Assembly: GCA_905213875.1 (NCBI GenBank)
Contig: CAJMJN010000004.1
Coordinates: forward strand, 2,370-66,369
From: an uncultured Clostridium sp.
Lineage (GTDB): Bacteria; Bacillota; Clostridia; TANB77; CAG-508
Length of the DNA: 64,000 bases
Direction: 5' to 3'
Part shown: in pieces, positions 56,025 to 64,000 of the stretch
How the letters are laid out: each line of letters opens with the position of its first letter
Position numbering within the stretch: position 1 is the first letter of the stretch
Program-made: the position numbers and the translations under genes
The notes under the pieces: model-generated
Seen by the model: the letters and a program-made list of their open reading frames with translations, nothing else
Told to the model about the DNA's origin: nothing
The model's database searches: none

Positions 56025-57468
56025 ATTTTATTACCTCTATAAAATTTTCCTTATGCTCTAATATTTTTTCTATAATATCCTCTTGGACATGGTATACATT
56101 AACAAATGATATCAGATCTTTTTTACTATTTATTTTCAATAATTCTTCAAAAATTTTTCTTCTTTCTTCTATAGTATGTCCATTTAATTCATGACCACCT
56201 ATAAACATCAAATTTTTCCTATTAATATCTAATGGATTAATTAAATATTTTTCTTCTCTTGGAACACCTAATAAAATAATTTTAGATAAATTAGGTGCTG
56301 TTTCAACTATACTCTTAATAACTTCACTGCATCCTGTTGCTTCTATATATGTATCATAATCAAAATCATAGTCATCAACAAATTTTATATTTGAGTTATA
56401 TTCCTTATTTAATCTATTAATTGCTTCTGTCTGATATTTTTCAATTTTATTTGTTATTATTGATATATTTTTATAATTATTTTCTAATAAATACAACATT
56501 GCTGTAAAACCTATATTCCCTAGTCCTATTATTAAAATATTATCTTTTATTATATTTAATATAGGTTTTATTGTTATTGCTCCCATTAATTCAAATCTTG
56601 ATATTGCTATATTCTCAATAGAATATTTAGCTGAAATTTCAAATGAATCTTTATATGTATCAATATATTTGTCAAAATGTTTTGCTAATACCAATAGTCT
56701 TTTATTATTTTCTATTTTTGTTATACCTATATAACCTTTGCTACCTGCTTTTTCAGTTCCTCTTGAAACCACAGTGTATTCAATATCTTTTTCGGTTTGA
56801 TTTAATATTTTATTGATTTTTATATATTCTTCTTTAATATGATAGCCTATTTCATCAATGCTATGTGCATCACTTCCTACTGTATATCTTGTTCCATATT
56901 TTTTAAATAAATTCAACATATATTCTAATTGTTGTATATTCCATCTAGAACGATCACTTGTATTAATATCAAACATCAAATTTTTTTCAGTTGCTAATTT
57001 TACTATTTCTTCAATTTTTTCTTTATATTGTTCATACTCTTTTCTTAATTTTAAATGTCCTACAATATTAATTGGATAAGTTTTTATCATATCTATATTT
57101 GCTTGTAGATAATCTATGTAATTTACTTTTTCCATTCCATGTACTGAGCCTATAATATAATCGAATGGATAACTTTTTAATATTTTAATTTCTTTTTCTT
57201 TAAATTCTTCATCATACGAAAAATCACTTTCTATACCTGCATTAATTTCTATATCAGGATTATTTTCTTTTACAATTTTTATGTTTTCAAAAAATTTATC
57301 AATAACTTTGTTTTCATTTAAAACAGGGGTATGTTTTGGAGACATCCTATTTCCATGATCTAAAAATAAAACTCTATTTAATTTCATCTCCTTACATTTC
57401 TCTACATACTTTTGCATAATTGATATATCTGTTACACCTTTTTTTAAATGCATATGCATATCTTCCAT
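56014..57468 (-). CDS. Fusion of a PHP (histidinol-phosphatase-type) domain and an MDR-like Rossmann dehydrogenase domain
   Basis: The N-terminus has MHMHLKKG...FLDHGN...GSVHG...VGSDAHS metal-ligand motifs of the PHP family. The C-terminus has IIGLGNIGFTAMLYLLEN, a dinucleotide-binding motif, within an alcohol-dehydrogenase-like C-terminal half. Confidence 0.65.
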   Translation of the reverse strand: MEDMHMHLKKGVTDISIMQKYVEKCKEMKLNRVLFLDHGNRMSPKHTPVLNENKVIDKFFENIKIVKENNPDIEINAGIESDFSYDEEFKEKEIKILKSYPFDYIIGSVHGMEKVNYIDYLQANIDMIKTYPINIVGHLKLRKEYEQYKEKIEEIVKLATEKNLMFDINTSDRSRWNIQQLEYMLNLFKKYGTRYTVGSDAHSIDEIGYHIKEEYIKINKILNQTEKDIEYTVVSRGTEKAGSKGYIGITKIENNKRLLVLAKHFDKYIDTYKDSFEISAKYSIENIAISRFELMGAITIKPILNIIKDNILIIGLGNIGFTAMLYLLENNYKNISIITNKIEKYQTEAINRLNKEYNSNIKFVDDYDFDYDTYIEATGCSEVIKSIVETAPNLSKIILLGVPREEKYLINPLDINRKNLMFIGGHELNGHTIEERRKIFEELLKINSKKDLISFVNVYHVQEDIIEKILEHKENFIEVIKYDL

Positions 57469-57476
57469 AATTTTTC

Positions 57477-58919
57477 CTACTTTCTCTTGAAATAAAGATT
57501 ATAATATTCTTCAAGAATATTTGATTCATCAATCCACTTATCTACTATATCTAATTCTACTTGATTTCTTAAATCATCTTTTCCATTTATTATTTTATCT
57601 GTAACAACCAATTGACTCGCTTTAAATATATCATTTGATCTATTTGGAATAGCTTCAGAATCAAATAGATTTACTGACCTACCATTTCCTAATACCGTTA
57701 TCTTTTTACCATTAATTTCATATTGTGTACCATATTTAGGAATTGCCTTATATTTACATCCTTCTTTCTCATATTCTTTAAATATATTAAGGTCTGCTGT
57801 TGCTCCTGATGTAATAAATGTTCCATCTTCTAATTGTTCTATAACTTCTTTACTAATACTATTGTATCCACTTGCTCCCACAATAAGGAATGGTTTATCG
57901 TATTTTACTGCTTCTTCTAATGTTCTAAATGTTGTAAATCCTTTTTCTGCTGCCTCTATACATTTCATTACATCTGGTTCGATTACTATAATTCTTGCAC
58001 CATATTGACTGTATCTATCTGCTAAAACTTCTCCCAAATCACCATATCCTAATTGTATTACAGTTCTTCCAACTAATTTTTCACCTGCTAATAATTCAAT
58101 GCTTCGTGTAAAAATTGTATTTGCTATCTCCTTATATGTAATAAACCTTTTTAATTTTGATTTTGCAACATTTAATACTGGATAAGGTAATTCATTTTCC
58201 TTTAATTCACCTATTCTTTTTAATCCAGTTACAGTTAATTCAACAAATGCCTCGACATTTTCATAATTGTGCAATGTTAATATTCTTGATACTATCGCTC
58301 CATCATCTAAAATAACAATTTTTTTATCTTTTCTTTTGTCAATAAATTCTCTTATTAACCTTTTTCCATCTTCTATAAGAATATCATTTGCAACAGCTGT
58401 ATTATCCAAGACATCAACTTGATATCCTAATTTTTTAAATGTTGCCGTAATTTCTTGTCTATGTTTTGTACTATCTCCTTTATCTATTGCAAGTACATCT
58501 TCTGGTTTTACTCCCATTCTTACCATTGAAGTTAACAATCCAACATTTTCTTCTAAGAAATGATCTCTCCATATAATTGCTACTCCTTCGAGATTTTTCT
58601 TTCTTTCTTCTGAATATTTTTTTAAAATTGGCATTGTTTCTTCTATTGCTTCTATTTCTCTATCTGTATATGCAGTACAAATATCTTCTATTTTATTTGT
58701 TAATTCTTTATCATTTCCATCATAATTAATAATTGTTTGGTTTTCAACAAAATATGGAACAGAAAAACTTCTAACTCCAATATCTTTTTCTTCATATTTA
58801 ATGATTTCATTTTCTATTTTTATCTTATTTTCTTTCTCATTTATTTCAATACTTTTATTCAAATTTTTTTCTAAGTCCTTTACAAAATTATCAGCTATAT
58901 CATAATAAACTCTTTCCAT
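57477..58919 (-). CDS. Divergent S-adenosylhomocysteine-hydrolase-like NAD-binding enzyme
   Basis: The start was chosen at MERVYY after GAGGAG. ETMPILKKY...LEGVAIIWRDHFLEENVGLLTSMVRMGVKPEDV parallels SAHH MPGLM...LKGARI.G.LHMT.QTAVLIETL..LGAEV. GRTVIQLGYGDLGEVLADRYSQYGARIIVIEPDVMKCIEAAEKGF parallels GKVAVVAGYGDVGKG.A..L...GARV.ITEIDPI.ALQAAMEGY. Confidence 0.65.
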   Translation of the reverse strand: MERVYYDIADNFVKDLEKNLNKSIEINEKENKIKIENEIIKYEEKDIGVRSFSVPYFVENQTIINYDGNDKELTNKIEDICTAYTDREIEAIEETMPILKKYSEERKKNLEGVAIIWRDHFLEENVGLLTSMVRMGVKPEDVLAIDKGDSTKHRQEITATFKKLGYQVDVLDNTAVANDILIEDGKRLIREFIDKRKDKKIVILDDGAIVSRILTLHNYENVEAFVELTVTGLKRIGELKENELPYPVLNVAKSKLKRFITYKEIANTIFTRSIELLAGEKLVGRTVIQLGYGDLGEVLADRYSQYGARIIVIEPDVMKCIEAAEKGFTTFRTLEEAVKYDKPFLIVGASGYNSISKEVIEQLEDGTFITSGATADLNIFKEYEKEGCKYKAIPKYGTQYEINGKKITVLGNGRSVNLFDSEAIPNRSNDIFKASQLVVTDKIINGKDDLRNQVELDIVDKWIDESNILEEYYNLYFKRK

Positions 58920-58938
58920 TTTATATCTCCTCATATTA

Positions 58939-59724
58939 TTAAATTTTTATTTTTAATTTTTCTAAAATACTATAAAATAAATTTATAGATTTCAAAAATA
59001 ATTCCTGTTTAGTCTCTCCACTCTCATTCATAGGTAAATGTGTTTCAATTGAAATAACACCATCAAAGTTATCTCTTTTTATAATTTCCATAAATTTTTC
59101 AATTCCTATATCACCTTCTCCTAAATGAGCATATTTATTGGTCTTATTATCAAAATCCCTCAAATGTATATAAGTTATTCTATTTTTTGATTTTTCATAT
59201 TCTTCAAACACATTATATCCCTCAAGAAAAGCATTTGATAAATCAAATATTATATTTATGTTTTTTTCTTCTTGCATTAGATTAAAACAATCAACAGGAC
59301 TTTCAGCATAAGTTTTTCTTTCATTTTCCATTAGCAATTTTATATTTCTTTTTTCAGCCTTTTCACATAATCTCTTTAAATTTTCTTTTATTTCGTTTTC
59401 ATCAATATTTCTACCTAAATTAGAAAATATTCTTATATACTCACTCTCAAATATGTCACAAATATCTAAATAAATATCAAATAATTCCATTTTTCTTTCA
59501 TATGGTATCGGTTTCTTTCCAACTGGGCTATCTAATGTTATAACTTTTATATTTTCTCTATCCAAAATTTTCTTAAAATTTATTAACTCCTCTTTTGAAA
59601 ATTCCCACAAATACTTATCATCAATTTTTCTTAATTCAATATTTGAAATATTTGCTTTTTTTAAACTATCTATTTGTTCTTCAATAGATGTTCCTATTTC
59701 ATCTGCAACTACTGCCAATCTCAT
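58939..59724 (-). CDS. Sugar phosphate isomerase/epimerase (xylose-isomerase-like TIM barrel)
   Basis: 261 aa with alternating beta/alpha periodicity and the motifs ...IELR..., ...ENE..., ...IHLRD..., ...ISIETH typical of the AP_endonuc_2/IolE-like family. Confidence 0.7.
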   Translation of the reverse strand: MRLAVVADEIGTSIEEQIDSLKKANISNIELRKIDDKYLWEFSKEELINFKKILDRENIKVITLDSPVGKKPIPYERKMELFDIYLDICDIFESEYIRIFSNLGRNIDENEIKENLKRLCEKAEKRNIKLLMENERKTYAESPVDCFNLMQEEKNINIIFDLSNAFLEGYNVFEEYEKSKNRITYIHLRDFDNKTNKYAHLGEGDIGIEKFMEIIKRDNFDGVISIETHLPMNESGETKQELFLKSINLFYSILEKLKIKI

Positions 59725-59727
59725 ATT

Positions 59728-60801
59728 TTATTCCTCCTCTAACATTTTTAAAATTTCTTCTACCTTAGTATTTACACCATATTTTATTTTTTTTATTTTC
59801 ACCTCTTTCATTATTTTTTCATTTAATCTACTTTTGCAATCTAAAATTATTTTTTCACTTGTTTTTCTTTTTCTTATCCAGGGCTTTCGTAAAGATTCTG
59901 TATCATTTGGTGTAAAATTAGTTATTTCTAACAATTTTTTTTCTTCAACTTCTGACATTTCTAAAACTTCTAATTCTTTTGTATTTATATCAAATCTTGG
60001 ATATATTATATAATCAAGTTTTGTTCTTGCTTTCATTTCTGTATAATCAAAAACTTTTGCAACATCAGTTAATGGAGTATTACAATCAATGTTATTTTCA
60101 GCTTCTTCATAATTAAGTTTTTTTCTTCTTTCTAGTATTTTATTATCTATAAAATACTGATTTAATCTATTATTATTTTTTACCGTTCCCATTGCATAAG
60201 TAACAGCTTGTGGAAAATAATCCATTTGTAAATTTTCATTTACAAACACTCTATCATTTGAAAGAAATCCTTTTATTTCATTCAATTCTAATAATTTAAC
60301 TGCTAAAGTTGTTTTTCCACTTCCACTTGTCCCTAATATCATAATTCCTTTATTATGTATTTCTAGTGCAGTACCATGCATAAAGAAATATCCTTTATCT
60401 TCTTTCTCTCTTAAATATAATTCTCTTATTATTCTAACAATCCAATTTGCTGAAGTTTCTGTGTTTTCTTTTACTATTATTTTGTAATTTTTCTCATCAA
60501 TTTTATTTCCTATGTATTCTTGTGTATCAACTAAATAATAATACTCATTATTTAGTTTCACTTCTTTATGTTTTTGGTTTTTAAAACTATCATAAATAAT
60601 ACCTATACTATCATTTATTAAATTTAGCATTTCAAAAAACTTTTTTGAATCTACTATATATTCAATTGTTATTGTTTTTTCTGTATTTTTTTCAAAGGTT
60701 ATTATTGATTCGTTAATTTTCTTTATAACCTTTTCATAATTTTTCTCATCTACCTTAATATTAAAATTAATATCAGGCAAATTGCATTCTATATTTTTCA
60801 T
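59728..60801 (-). CDS. HPr-kinase-C-terminal-like P-loop protein (long)
   Basis: FMHGTALEIHNKGIMILGTSGSGKTTLAVKLLE...GFLSNDRVFV matches the HprK/P catalytic-core pattern. It also has an N-terminal ~140-aa domain I do not recognise. Confidence 0.6.
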   Translation of the reverse strand: MKNIECNLPDINFNIKVDEKNYEKVIKKINESIITFEKNTEKTITIEYIVDSKKFFEMLNLINDSIGIIYDSFKNQKHKEVKLNNEYYYLVDTQEYIGNKIDEKNYKIIVKENTETSANWIVRIIRELYLREKEDKGYFFMHGTALEIHNKGIMILGTSGSGKTTLAVKLLELNEIKGFLSNDRVFVNENLQMDYFPQAVTYAMGTVKNNNRLNQYFIDNKILERRKKLNYEEAENNIDCNTPLTDVAKVFDYTEMKARTKLDYIIYPRFDINTKELEVLEMSEVEEKKLLEITNFTPNDTESLRKPWIRKRKTSEKIILDCKSRLNEKIMKEVKIKKIKYGVNTKVEEILKMLEEE

Positions 60802-61694
60802 ATTTCAATTTCATCTCCATCATAAACATCTTTAATTCTGTTCTTTTCTATGCATTTAGATAATATTGTCATTTTATAATGATGTTCCTTTTCAGTTCCG
60901 TCTTTTGATAATCCACCTAATTTAACATTAGGTTTCATTATTTCCCCATGAAAGTCTGAGCCACCACTTATTAGTATATTTTCTCTTTTGGCTAACTTTA
61001 AATATCTCTTTATATCACTTAATGTATGTTTAGAATTAAATATTTCTATTCCATCTATTCCAGCATTTTTAAACATTCCAAATATATCCTCTATATTAAC
61101 TCCATATGTTCTTTCTAATGAAATTGGATGTGCCAAAACAGCATATCCTCCTGCCAAATGTATTGTATTAATTGCTTGTTCTAAAGGTGCAGTTGCAGGT
61201 GTCTTTAAGTCCATATATTTAAAATAATGGTCAAATGCATATTGAGTATTTGGAATAATTCCCCCTTTAGTCAACAATCTTGCTATCGTAGTTTGTCCAA
61301 CAAAATTTTTAGCTGTTAATAGTTTTTCAGTTTCATCTTTCGATATAATAATTCCAAATTTTTCTTTCAACTGTTGTATTATCTCTAAATTTCTTAAATT
61401 TTTTCTCATTTTCATATTCTGAAGTAATTGTACTAATTCCGTATTATTAACATCAATGTTATAACCTAATATATGCATTTTATAATCATTTTTTTCACAA
61501 GATATTTCAACACCAGGAATATATACTAATCCTCTTTTATCTACATTTTCCATTGCTTTTATGCTTTCTATATTATCATGGTCTGTAATTGAAAATATAT
61601 CTATTCCACACTGTCTTACTTTTGATACAATTTCTTCTACAGAATAATCACCATCTGAAAATTTTGAATGTATATGTAAATCATATTTTTTCAT
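60798..61694 (-). CDS. PHP-domain phosphoesterase (TrpH/YciV-like)
   Basis: YDLHIHSKFSDGDYSVEEIV...ITDHDN...HILGY...LAHP...GGSDFHG is the full set of PHP metal-ligand motifs in the order seen in nucleotide 3',5'-bisphosphate phosphatases / RNase AM. Confidence 0.85.
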   Translation of the reverse strand: MKKYDLHIHSKFSDGDYSVEEIVSKVRQCGIDIFSITDHDNIESIKAMENVDKRGLVYIPGVEISCEKNDYKMHILGYNIDVNNTELVQLLQNMKMRKNLRNLEIIQQLKEKFGIIISKDETEKLLTAKNFVGQTTIARLLTKGGIIPNTQYAFDHYFKYMDLKTPATAPLEQAINTIHLAGGYAVLAHPISLERTYGVNIEDIFGMFKNAGIDGIEIFNSKHTLSDIKRYLKLAKRENILISGGSDFHGEIMKPNVKLGGLSKDGTEKEHHYKMTILSKCIEKNRIKDVYDGDEIEI

Positions 61695-61773
61695 TTATAG
61701 TCCTCTTTCTAAAAAAAGATACAAATAAAAAACTCTACAAGCTATTTATTTGTATCCTTTGTGGTTTACTTTA

Positions 61774-62820
61774 TTATACTTTAGTATAACCATTAACTTC
61801 TTTCTGTAATCTTGTACTTATTTCTTTTGAATTGTTATATAAATATCTACACAAATTAGTTCTAAACAATGCAAATTCTAGTAAGCCTTTTTTTTCGTAA
61901 TCATCATTATATTGCTTATAACCAAATGGGCTACTTACAATTTGAATTAAATATAATTGTGCTGCATATTTTAAATCATACTCATTTAATTGCACATATT
62001 TTGCAAATTCTTTAACATATTCAACTAATGTATCTATATTTAACTCTCCATTTTTTGCTTCTTCATCAATATAACTATATGATCTCAATACTTCCCAAAT
62101 TATTGGTAGTTTTTTTGCTGTTTCAAAATCAATTACAGTTGTCTTACTATTGTCATTATAAATTAATTGTTGAACACTATAATCTCCATGGCTATTCATT
62201 ATTGTCATCTTTTTAATTATTTCAAAATCAAAATTGTTTAGCAAATCCTTTGACATATTTATTTTGTCTTGTAGATCTTTTTCAAATTTTTCTCTATATG
62301 GATTATCTAGATTTAATTTATTTATTAAATCTTCCATTTTTATTATTCCATTTTCTAAACTTTCTTTTGAAAACCATTTTTCTATTATTCCATCTTCCTC
62401 TAAACCTTCGTAATCCTTCAATTCTTTTGTCATTTTTCCTAATATTTTTGCACTCTCAATTGTCTTTTGATAATCACCTGTATTATTTTCCATTGTATAT
62501 CCATCTATACACTCTTGTAAAATTATTATTCTATTTTCAAACTTAATATAAAAACTATTTTGTCTTGATTTTATATAAACAGGAACATTTATTCCTCTTC
62601 CTTTTAAAAAGTTAATTATATTGGTTTCTTTTATTACTGATTCTTCTGTTCTTCCTTGGCTAAATTCCTTTAAAATATATACTTTGTCATTGGATTTGAT
62701 TTTAAATATATTTGCTGTGCCTCTATTTATTTTTTCAATATCCATTATTTCTATGCCATAATTTTTATTTATCAAATCCTTTATAATCTGCTCATTTAAA
62801 TTAGATTTTTGAATTCCCAT
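61774..62820 (-). CDS. APH/CotS-like phosphotransferase, paralogue B
   Basis: INRGTANIFKI...VYILKEF, catalytic SHGDYSVQQLIY and VIDFE motifs. It is collinear with 54229..55251. Confidence 0.7.
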   Translation of the reverse strand: MGIQKSNLNEQIIKDLINKNYGIEIMDIEKINRGTANIFKIKSNDKVYILKEFSQGRTEESVIKETNIINFLKGRGINVPVYIKSRQNSFYIKFENRIIILQECIDGYTMENNTGDYQKTIESAKILGKMTKELKDYEGLEEDGIIEKWFSKESLENGIIKMEDLINKLNLDNPYREKFEKDLQDKINMSKDLLNNFDFEIIKKMTIMNSHGDYSVQQLIYNDNSKTTVIDFETAKKLPIIWEVLRSYSYIDEEAKNGELNIDTLVEYVKEFAKYVQLNEYDLKYAAQLYLIQIVSSPFGYKQYNDDYEKKGLLEFALFRTNLCRYLYNNSKEISTRLQKEVNGYTKV

Positions 62821-63335
62821 TATCTTTCTTCCTCCAATTCTTTTTCTTTTAACATTTTTATAACAAAATCGCCTGACGGTGCTATTTCTCCTTTATTATA
62901 TAAACAAACATATTCATCTAGTGAAATCCATTTTGACTCAATTACTTCTCCATCATTATAACAAATATCTCTTTTTGCTATATCTCTTTTAAATTTCCAT
63001 ACATCCCTAAAATAATTTTTTTGCTGTATTGTCCCTAAAAATTTTCCTTCTTCTTGTGTAAAGTCAATTCCAATTTCTTCTTTTATTTCTCTTATTGTAG
63101 CATCTATGGAACTTTCTCCTGCTTTTGCAGAGCCTCCTGTGCATTCCCATAATCCTGGATATAACTTTTTGTTTTTATTTCTTCTAGTTATTAAAATTTG
63201 TTTATTAGAATTTTCAACAATTCCAGTAACAACAATGTGATATTCTCCATTTTTTAGTCGTTCATCACTATCTCTTTGTATTGTCTTATTTGTTCTATTT
63301 CTAAATTTATCGTAAACATCCCAGTATTCACTCAT
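62820..63335 (-). CDS. NUDIX hydrolase
   Basis: Nudix box GGSAKAGESSIDATIREIKEEIGI (GX5EX7REUXEEXGU). The start overlaps the CYTH gene stop and the stop overlaps the kinase start. Confidence 0.85.
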   Translation of the reverse strand: MSEYWDVYDKFRNRTNKTIQRDSDERLKNGEYHIVVTGIVENSNKQILITRRNKNKKLYPGLWECTGGSAKAGESSIDATIREIKEEIGIDFTQEEGKFLGTIQQKNYFRDVWKFKRDIAKRDICYNDGEVIESKWISLDEYVCLYNKGEIAPSGDFVIKMLKEKELEEER

Positions 63336-63925
63336 TAAAATTCTCCGTTCTTTATTTTTTCTAATTCTTCTTCTGCTTTTTTTACAAAATAATTGGAATT
63401 ATCAAATGGAATGTTTGTATTATTTATCTCTTTCTTTAATTTTTCTACTGTCCTATATTCCTTGTTAGTTTCTGCCTCAATTAAGATATTATTTTCAGAC
63501 AGTATTTTTACTATAATTTTAAAGTCTCCTTTATAATATGAGAAGTGTTTTTCTTTTATGGTCATGATTTCCTTATATCCTATGCAATCAAATATATTTT
63601 TCGCATCTTGAATATTTAACACTTCACAATTTATAGCATCCTGTTGCAGAATTTCTCCTTTTTCATTAATTTTCTTATGTTTAAAAGTAATTTTCATTTT
63701 ATGTTTGTTACTTGAAATCCCTTGAAATTCCCTTAATATAATTGCTCTGCTTAAACTCTCTCTTGTTGTGACTTTAAATATATCTATATCTTTGGGTATC
63801 ATAAAAATATCTTTTGCATAATATTCATTATTTAAGATAAATTTATCTTTAGCTAATATTTTCTTTAGCTCAACTTCAGAACATTGTACTCTTACTGTAA
63901 TTTCATTTTCTTCTTTAAATCCCAT
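63335..63925 (-). CDS. CYTH-domain protein, paralogue B (first visible gene of the long operon)
   Basis: The start was chosen at MGFKEENEITVRV. It is collinear with 47493..48062 (AIILRE/AIILRN, IEAETNKEY/IEIEENEQL, NYFVKKAEEELEKI/DYFIKKAEIELRKI). Confidence 0.65.
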   Translation of the reverse strand: MGFKEENEITVRVQCSEVELKKILAKDKFILNNEYYAKDIFMIPKDIDIFKVTTRESLSRAIILREFQGISSNKHKMKITFKHKKINEKGEILQQDAINCEVLNIQDAKNIFDCIGYKEIMTIKEKHFSYYKGDFKIIVKILSENNILIEAETNKEYRTVEKLKKEINNTNIPFDNSNYFVKKAEEELEKIKNGEF

Positions 63926-64000
63926 AACTATATTCCTTTTCTTTTTTCTTAAATTATAACATAAAGCAACATTTTTTACCACATTTTAACATTTTTATTA

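Larger units (their letters stand above)
38963..64000. mobile_element. Left part of a more than 25 kb intervening (skin-like) element inserted in spoIVA; the right end is not in the window
   Basis: There is an abrupt loss of spoIVA homology at about 38962, immediately abutted by two large serine recombinase genes. All downstream genes are accessory-type. No spoIVA 3' fragment is found before 64000. The extent beyond the recombinase module is inferred, not proven. Confidence 0.7.

Noticed and set aside
38963-64000. Calling the inserted element a prophage.
   Set aside because: No terminase, portal, capsid, tail or lysis genes are present in the 25 kb visible. The cargo is regulatory and metabolic. 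It may still be a degenerate prophage or have such genes beyond the window, so I call it only an intervening or integrative element.

Overview
This is a very AT-rich chromosome segment from an endospore-forming Firmicute of Clostridia type; spoVA and spoIVA are both present.

Positions 1 to about 38.9 kb look like ordinary core genome:
- tsf (partial) and rpsB
- a GH25/LysM muramidase and a ROK glucokinase
- an 11-gene type IV pilus cluster on the minus strand (pilMN, pilO, pilA, pilD, two minor pilins, pilB, pilT, pilC)
- rsmB
- a dodecin-like gene followed by spoVAC, spoVAD and spoVAE
- infC-rpmI-rplT with an L20-leader-like attenuator
- a CaCA cation/Ca2+ exchanger, serS, engB, gltX and RNase J
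- an acyl-CoA ligase with a TetR regulator
- a 42-bp tandem-repeat coiled-coil gene
- a Lon-like protease
- a DUF421/DUF4363 pair
- a UAP-type UDP-GlcNAc pyrophosphorylase with a separate LbH acetyltransferase

The main finding is at about 38,962. The mother-cell morphogenetic gene spoIVA loses homology at about codon 405 of an expected ~490. From there to the window end (more than 25 kb) the DNA looks like an inserted intervening element of the skin/SPbeta type. I saw no phage structural genes in it. The element carries:
- two tandem paralogous large serine recombinases
- a small regulatory module (HTH, sigma region-4-like, small ORFs)
- a Spo0A-like paralogue
- a viperin-like radical SAM enzyme fused to a degenerate receiver domain, together with LysR, CYTH and XRE genes
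- a tightly packed 15-gene minus-strand operon of soluble enzymes

The operon encodes two CYTH-family, two APH/CotS-like, two HPr-kinase-like and two PHP proteins. It also encodes a NUDIX hydrolase, a divergent SAHH-like enzyme, a TIM-barrel isomerase, a Gfo/Idh/MocA oxidoreductase, a P-loop kinase, a UDP-glucose dehydrogenase, a UDP-glucuronate epimerase and a histidine phosphatase. I could not assign it to any described pathway.

Two further structures stood out. A ~102-nt structured repeat with compensatory stem changes sits 5' of spoVAD and, inverted, 5' of the Ca2+ exchanger. A 185-bp rod-like inverted repeat lies in a convergent intergenic region.

All calls come from reading the supplied translations and sequence by eye. 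No database search was run.
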